A DNA stretch of 64,000 nt from the human T2T-CHM13v2.0 reference genome, Homo sapiens: the NCBI RefSeq assembly GCF_009914755.1, contig NC_060941.1; one strand, given 5' to 3'. The notes beneath the pieces were generated by a model. It saw only the letters and a list, made by a program, of their open reading frames with translations. It searched no databases and had not been told where the DNA came from. The position numbers were made by a program, and so were the translations under genes. Positions 53,050 to 64,000 of the stretch are shown here, piece after piece. How positions within the stretch are numbered: the stretch's first letter is position 1; every line of letters begins with the position of its first letter.

Positions 53050-53445
53050 TTGTGGCTGTTCCCCAATGTCCCCTTCTCCTCCTATAGCTGGTATTTAGCT
53101 GGACACAAGTCCCTGTAATAAAAATATATTTTCCAGCCTCGATGGCAACTTTGTGTGGTAATGTCTAAATTCTGGCCAATAGGATGTTAGCAAGGATGTC
53201 ATATGTGACTTCCAGGAAATGTCCTTAAAGTAAAGTTGTTCTCTTCCTCATCTCTTCCTTCTTTCTGGGGGCTAGAATGCAGATGTAATGACTGGAGCTC
53301 AGGCAGCTGTTTTGGACTATGAGGCAGCATGCTAAGGATGGTAGAGAAATCATACAGCTGGATAAGAGCTCCCTGATGGTCTTGGAGCTTCTAAAACAGC
53401 CTTTGACTCCTACTTCTGGACTTCTATGTAAGAGAGAAATAAGAG
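53050..53445 (+). mobile_element. Old MaLR LTR (MLT1I/J-like)
   Basis: ttctggccaataggatg...gctagaatgcagatgtaatgactggagctcaggcagc...tctggacttctatgtaagagagaaata. Confidence 0.6.
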
Positions 53446-54120
53446 AAATTGCTGTCCCTTAGCAATCATGGTTGGGCAAGGGAGTAGCAACCGGTGCCCA
53501 GGTAACAAACGTGTTCCTCCCTGCTGCACTGTATAATTGCAGCCCTACTTCCTGCTAATGACTAAAGTTAATTATCCCTTCCAAGATGGTAACTTTTCTT
53601 TTTGCCTGCTGATGTCTGGACCTAAGGAAGCAGAAGGGCTCAGGCAGCAGCCACAGCTGATAGTTCAATAAAACTGTGCTGTGTCCCCTGGTGGAAGTTT
53701 TCCCTTTGGGAGACCAGGACCTCTAACCCTGAAGAGCTTAGAGCTGTAATGATGTGGCGGTAAATGCGGCCACTTCAGTTTTCACCCTTGGTTCCCAAAC
53801 CCATGTATTTTTTCCTGTCGGGGTTTGTTTTCTATCGCTGCTGGAACCAATTAAAGACTGGGATACGTTCTAAGAAATGCTTCATTAGGTGATTTCTTCA
53901 TGTGAGCGTCATAGAGTGCACTTACACAGCCTAGATGGCACTAGGTACTACTAAATGCCTGGGCTATATGGTATAGCCTTTTGCTCCTAGGCTACAAACC
54001 TGTACAGCATGTTACTGTACTGAGTACTGCAGCAACGGTAACACAATAGTAAGTATTTGTGTATCTAAATGTGTCTAAACATAGTAAATGTATAGTAAAA
54101 GCAGTATAAAATAGTATAAA

Positions 54121-54426
<306 letters not shown>

Positions 54427-54562
54427 GTTGAAAAACAGTACCTCTGTTTAGGACACTTACCATGAATGGAACTTGTAGGACTGGAAGTTGCTCTGGGTGA
54501 GTCAGTGAGTGAGTGGTGAGTGAATGTAAAGGCCTAGGACATCACTGTACACTACTGTTGAC

Positions 54563-54864
<302 letters not shown>

Positions 54865-55369
54865 CTATCAACTTTATAAACACTGTACATTTAGTCCATA
54901 TTAAAGTTATTAAAATTATTTTTCTTCAACAATAAATTAAACTTAGCACACTGTAACTTGTTTTGCTTTATAAACTCTTAAATTTTTAAACCTTTTTGAC
55001 TTTTGTAGTAACGTTTAGCTTAAAACACAAATACATTTTCAGCTGTACAAAAATTCTTTCTTTATGTCCTTATCCTATAAGCTTTTTTCTATTTTGTTTT
55101 TTTTTACTTGTTACACTTTTCTTGGTAAAAACTAAGACATCAACACACATATTAGCCTAGTCCTACAAAGGGTCAAGGTCATCAGTATCACCACCATCTT
55201 CTACCTCCCCATCTTGTCCCACTGGAAGGTCTTCAGGGGCAGTAACATGCATGAAGCCGTCATCTCCTATTATAACAATGCCTTCTTCTGGAATCCCTCA
55301 CGAAGGCCCTGCCTGAGGCTGTTTCACAGTTAACTTTTTTTTTTAATAAGTAGAAGAAGTACACTCTAG

Positions 55370-55731
<362 letters not shown>

Positions 55732-56336
55732 ATCATTATCCAATATTATGTACTGTACATAATTGTATGTGCTAGACTTTTATACAACAGCCAGCAAGTA
55801 GGTTTGCATACCGGCATCATCACAAACACAGGAGTAATGTATTGTGCTACAACATCATCACCGCTATGAAGTCACTAGGCAGTAGGGATTTTTCAGCTCC
55901 AGTGTAATCTTATGGGACTGCCGTCATAAATGCAGTCCATTGTGGTTGTCTGGTGTATGGCTGTGCTACAAACTCAGTGGCTTAAAACAATGCAAATATA
56001 TCATCTTAGAGTTCTGTAGGTCAGAAGTCCAACAAAGACCTCACTAGGCTAAAATCAAGGTGTCGACAGGGAGGCTCTAGCAGAGGATCCTGCATCCTTT
56101 GTAAAGAATTTTTACCCTTGTAAAGAATTGATGGTTCGGCTGTGCCTTCCAAGCTGTGCTTGACCAATTCTCTCAGGGTAGCCGCTTCTAGATGGAGAAG
56201 CCTATGATATAACCAGTGGATCCCGTGGCTGTGGGTTCACTCCCACCCCTCCCCTGCTTCACCTCTTCCAGTTTCTAGAGTAGGTGGACTCCTTAGCACT
56301 TGGCCTCTTCCTCATCTTCAAAGCCAGCAACATCAC

Positions 56337-56664
<328 letters not shown>

Positions 56665-56754
56665 TTACATCTCTCTGATCCTTCTTCTGTGTCACATCTC
56701 TCACTCTTACTGCAGCCAGGAAATTATTTCCACTTTTAAGGACTCTTGTGACTA

Positions 56755-57294
<540 letters not shown>

Positions 57295-57821
57295 CTAGAG
57301 GATCCCGTGGCTGTGGGTTCAGTCCCACCCCTCCCCTGCTGTAAAGCAGTTCCCTTGGTCTCATGTGACACTATGTGGGACCCTGTACTGGAGAATCAAA
57401 CACACTGTAAGCCCTCAGATAAGGATACTGGCTTAGGCACCGAAGGCAGGAAAGGCAAATCCGTACTCAGATCATGGGTCTACTCCTGTCAGAACAAATT
57501 ACTGGGCCTTATGTGTGGAGGGACCCCAACAAAGTCAACCTGCCGGTTCGTCTTTTTGAGAAATGGTCCATTCTGAAGACTTAGCACTGGTCTCTGTTGC
57601 GGGAGGTTGGACATTTGGTGGCAGCGGTAGCCTTGGTACATGGGACCCATCCTGCACATAGCATCCATTTCTGTCACCACTGCTGCTTCATTCGTATGTC
57701 CATCAGGTCAGCATTGGGACGGCCCATGGCAGAGGCCAACTGGCATCCCCCACTCTCGTCCTCTTGTCTACTTGGTTGTCCACTGTCTCTTCCATAGTAG
57801 GTCATCTCTAGTGGGCATTAA

Positions 57822-58220
<399 letters not shown>

Positions 58221-59436
58221 TAATTGTTCCCTTTCCACATCTATGATCAGCTGGCCAGGCCATTCACCACTACCCAAAAGTTTGTATATATTCTCACCTT
58301 GAGCTCTGCTCTGTCCATACAAAATGGGTGAACAGCTACACCACCCAAATCCCTGCCCATTAGGAGGGTTTTGCCTTGCCACTCTCTTTCAAGGCCACCC
58401 TTGAGTGAGATTGTAGTACATTTCCTGTCGTTTTCAGCCTAAACCCACAAACCAAGCCAAGCCATTCACAAACCAAACTTGCTCTTTCCTCTTCCATCAG
58501 CTGGTCAGAAGGACCCCTCCTATAACCTTAGGTGTGTGTAGAGGGAGGGTGCTGGTGCAACTCCGGTGGGTGGCTTGGGAGTCTGAACAGACTGCACGTG
58601 CAGCTTGCTTGTGGCCCAGGTCCTGTCCATGCTCAATCCCAGATGTACAACTTCCATCTAACAATGGATTGTTGCTGGGCTTGCCTAACCTTATAATTTA
58701 ACTCATCTGATGTAACCCAGTTAATGAAGGGCAGTTCCAGGTGCAAGATCAGTTGGTATCCCACCATCAGGTGCTCCATTTCTACCAGGGCACAGCAGCG
58801 TGCCAGGAGTTGTTTTGCCAAAGGCATATGATCCTCCACTGCAGATGGCATGGCCTTGCTCCAGAACCCTGGGAGCCTGCACTGTGACTCTCCCACTGGG
58901 GCATGCTACAAGCTCTACACAGCATCTTCTTCATCATCATGCCTTTTGTACTATAGAGTCTGCTGGGTTGATGGCTCAATCGCAAGGCTACTTGCACTGC
59001 TGCCTGGACCTACTGCAGAGCCCTTTCCTGTTCTGGGCCCCAATTCAAGCTGACAGCCTTTCAGGTTAACTGGTTATTATTGGTCAAGTGGTATTCCCAG
59101 GTGTGGAATATGCTATCTCCAGAAGCCAAAGAGAATGTCTAAGTTTTGTGCTTCCTTCTTCATGGTGAGAAATATGAGATGCAATCATTTGATTTTGACT
59201 TTGGATGGACTGTCCTGACATGCTCCTGTCCACAGGACCCCTAAAATTGTTCCTGGTGTGCAGGCTCCTAAATATCTGTAGTATTCATCTCCCACCCTCT
59301 AGAGTGTGTGTAACCTACCAATGCCTTTAACATGCTAGCCACTTTTTGCTCCTTTGGCCCATTTAGCAGGATGTCATTCACATAACAGATCAAGGCCATG
59401 TTCTGCAAAATGTCCAGATGGCCCAGATCTCTTTGT

Positions 59437-60433
<997 letters not shown>

Positions 60434-61493
60434 GACCAGACTGTGACAGACGGTGGGAAAGTTAATGTATGGGGGGGAGTTGTAAATGTATACTGTTGTC
60501 CATTCCATGTGAATGTGGACTATTTTGAATCCTCTTTTCAGATAGGAAGAGAAAAGAATGAATTCTCTAACAATGGCCACACACTATGTGTCTGAAACTG
60601 TTCATCTATTCTAGCAAAGATCTGGCATGGTAGGTGCAATGGCAGCTACTACTCCATTTACTTTGCAGTAGTCTAGTGTCATTCCATAGAATCCCTCTTC
60701 TCCTACATGAACCATACTAGAGACATGAAGGTAACTATTACCCTTGCATCCTTCAGTTCCCCAAGGGTGGCATTAACCTTCTCAACTCTTTCATCCCGGG
60801 ATGCAATATTGTTTCTGATTTATTATGTTGACCTGGGTTGGAAGGGGACTGCTTGGAGGCTTCTCAACTACTATAGCTCTTACTCCACAAGCCAGCTCAG
60901 TGTGTATATAGGAGAGGATCACACACACTCCAAGAATTCATCCTTGGTTTCTTTTGATGGTGCAGGTTGAGCAGTCCCGTTTTCAGTCTCCCATCTCTCT
61001 TTGCCCTCAGGGACTCTGTGCTCTATTACCCACTTCCACAACTCTCTGTAGATCAGGCTCCTGGGCTGTCACTCCACCTGTAGATCACATCCGGGTCAAA
61101 TATTTCTATCTCGATTTTTCATGTGGGAGATAATGACTGGATGGGGTCCGTGGACCCAGTGGACTCACTGTCAGCCAGACCTTGGCCGGGACTCAATTTA
61201 TTACCAGGTCTCCAAATACTTCCTCTCTAACGAAGGCCGTGATGATACTTCAGGCCTCTGGTTATCAATGCCAGCTCAGACACTGTGTCTTACAGTCCTC
61301 AGGATATTTGGGTATTCCTCTTTTCCCATTTGCCATGGTGCTGCACAGTCCTTCTTAATGAGGAGCCAGGCTTCTTCTCAATCAATTGGTTCTGGATCTG
61401 AAAACTACCTCAGGTCTGAAAACTGGGCAACGTGTGACTTTTTACTGGGGTGTCTGCCTTAGCTTCCTGATCATTCATCATGATTTATTCTAA

Positions 61494-61847
<354 letters not shown>

Positions 61848-61979
61848 TGGTCTCCCATCTCTTTTGCCCCCATGGACTCTGTGCTCTATCACCCACTTCC
61901 ATAACTCTCTGTAGACCAGGCTCCTGGGCTGCCACTCCAACCTGGCCAGTTACTACAATCAGTGCACTTGCCTGGCTTC

Positions 61980-62530
61980 TGATGGTGCCCCAGTTGTGCC
62001 TCCTCAGGTAGTGGAAGGAATCACAAGAAGACTCCTGAAAGTATACTCACATAGGGCTTTCATAAAACTAAAGAAAATAATATAGCAGGATAAAGGCAAA
62101 CACCAGGGAGCTGTCCGACATCCAGGCGCATCTTCCTTTCAGGTACATAGGATGTACTTGATCTTAGGATGATAAACCACCAAGATACATGCAAAATGCC
62201 TTGGTCTCAGGGAAGTCACAATCTCATCTAAGATGGTTTTTAATATCCTTCTGGTCACATAGCCAAAACCAGCTTGCATGATCAGGCTCAACTAAGATAA
62301 TCTAACAGAAACCAGGTGAAAATAATCAATCTGTACATTTTCACTTAACAATGGTGACAAGTTGGTACAGAATATCTGTAGTAGTTTTTGGACTCAGTAC
62401 AGAACTACACTAATCAATGGTTTGCAAATTCCATTCTGGATGGATCACGACTCAGCACTATGGCTTCGGGATCCCCTAGAGATAAGCACAAGGTTGCAGC
62501 CAGGAAAAATGACCCCCATACCCACACAGA
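61980..62530. mobile_element. Possible MER77/MER68/MER21-like LTR inserted in the ERV gag region
   Basis: tgatggtgccccagttgtgcc start; interrupts gag homology; family guessed by eye. Confidence 0.35.
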
Positions 62531-62652
62531 TAGTTAAGGGCCAAACCACCTCTGTTGTTTTGGGTCCTATCATTCTCTCTGCTATCAGTAGGCCTTATTC
62601 TATAAGAACTTCTTCAATCCAGTATTGGCCTACAGAGACAGCTAAGTCTACA

Positions 62653-62654
62653 TT

Positions 62655-62693
<39 letters not shown>

Positions 62694-62971
62694 CTTATGA
62701 CACAGGTTCTTGCTCTTTCCCCCAGGCTGGAGTGCAGTAGGTGTGATCTTGGCTCATTGCAGCCTTGAACTTCCAGGCCCTGCCTCAGCCTCCCAAGTGG
62801 CTGGGACTACAGGTGTGCGCCACAAAGCCTGGTTAATTTTTGCATTTTTTTGCAGAAACGGGGTTTTGCCACATTGCCCAGGTTGGTCTCTCACTCCTGG
62901 GCTCTAGTGATCCTTCTGCCTTGGCCTCCCAAAGTATTGAGATTACAGGTGTGAGCCACCCTACCCGGCCT
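62653..62971 (-). mobile_element. Alu (AluJ-like) with (TTTA)n tail
   Basis: Reverse dimer with a small internal deletion. Confidence 0.9.
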
Positions 62972-63190
62972 GAATTTTTTATTGATGCTGGTGTCCCCTC
63001 TCATCAGTACACTCTGATGTCCTCAGAATGGTTGTCCTCTGCGCCTCCCTATGGAACATTACCATCAGGTGGGTTTTCTGGACTTTTTGCAGTGTGTCTA
63101 CTCCAGAAGGTTACTGCCCTTCCCCTTGTGACACCTTCCTCTACTGTCCACCAGGACAATGATGGCATTTCTACCCCATTTACTACGGGC

Positions 63191-63555
<365 letters not shown>

Positions 63556-64000
63556 TAGAATCTCTGGGAGCCTTTGCTAGGATGTTAAATTGTGTATTAT
63601 GGGATAGAATGCTCCCAAGTCAACACAGTCTCCCTCATCCAATCTCATGTTCTGGCCACCTTGATCAAGCACCCTCAGCATTCAGTCCCACATGTCCTTC
63701 CCAGCTTCTTGCTGGTGTATGCTGGTTAGGTCTTGCAGCTACTTTGGGGTATAATCCCTTTTCTCCTTTATTAGGCCCATCATGTCCCTGAGTTATACTG
63801 TGACTTAACCCTAGTTTACATTTCATGGCCAGGAGGGGAGGTGGGTTCCTTGTTGACTGTGGGAAAAAGCCTTGGCATTTTCGAGTAGGAGCCAGGGAAG
63901 GGCACTTCTGCAGGCTCAGAGCATTCAAGAGAATCTGGAAATCCAAGATTTTCAGGGGCATCAACTCAGATGTCCCTGTTTCACATGTCAGGGTCCCATC

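Noticed and set aside
58633-58896. 87-aa pol-like ORF as a domesticated retroviral gene
   Set aside because: Short remnant. The surrounding RT motif has decayed to YVND, the protease motif is broken, and the region is split by stops and insertions.

Overview
This is human genomic DNA from chr17q21.31, recognised from the encoded proteins, not a microbial sequence. It holds three genes. (1) The 3' part of CRHR1 (+): ten GT-AG exons at 4848-10397, including the 87-nt beta-isoform cassette and the 42-nt TM7 exon, with a 3' UTR to about 11460. (2) The intronless GxGD protease gene SPPL2C (+, 20531-22585, 684 aa), carrying residues I recall as the H1 haplotype alleles. (3) The terminal exon (about 18990-19785) and long intron of the minus-strand lncRNA MAPT-AS1, with the MIR-embedded CACCCAC and CTGAGGC motifs. 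The left ~28 kb is GC-rich and holds the genes. The right ~35 kb is mostly transposon debris: about 35 Alus overall, old L1s, Tiggers, MaLR/ERV1 solo LTRs, an LTR12F-like LTR and a fragmented ERVL-class provirus from about 53455 to the window end. I found no new protein-coding system. Apart from the CRHR1 exon frames, SPPL2C and decayed ERV frames, the ORF track is GC-rich or Alu noise. The best unexplained structures are: an L1 3'-transduction-like insert carrying a MER9 piece (14122-14279), three local diverged duplications, a hairpin-containing micro-insertion, a homeodomain motif cluster in CRHR1 intron 4, and an LTR12F-like promoter co-oriented with MAPT-AS1. Repeat boundaries and subfamily names were judged by eye from remembered consensus sequences and are approximate.
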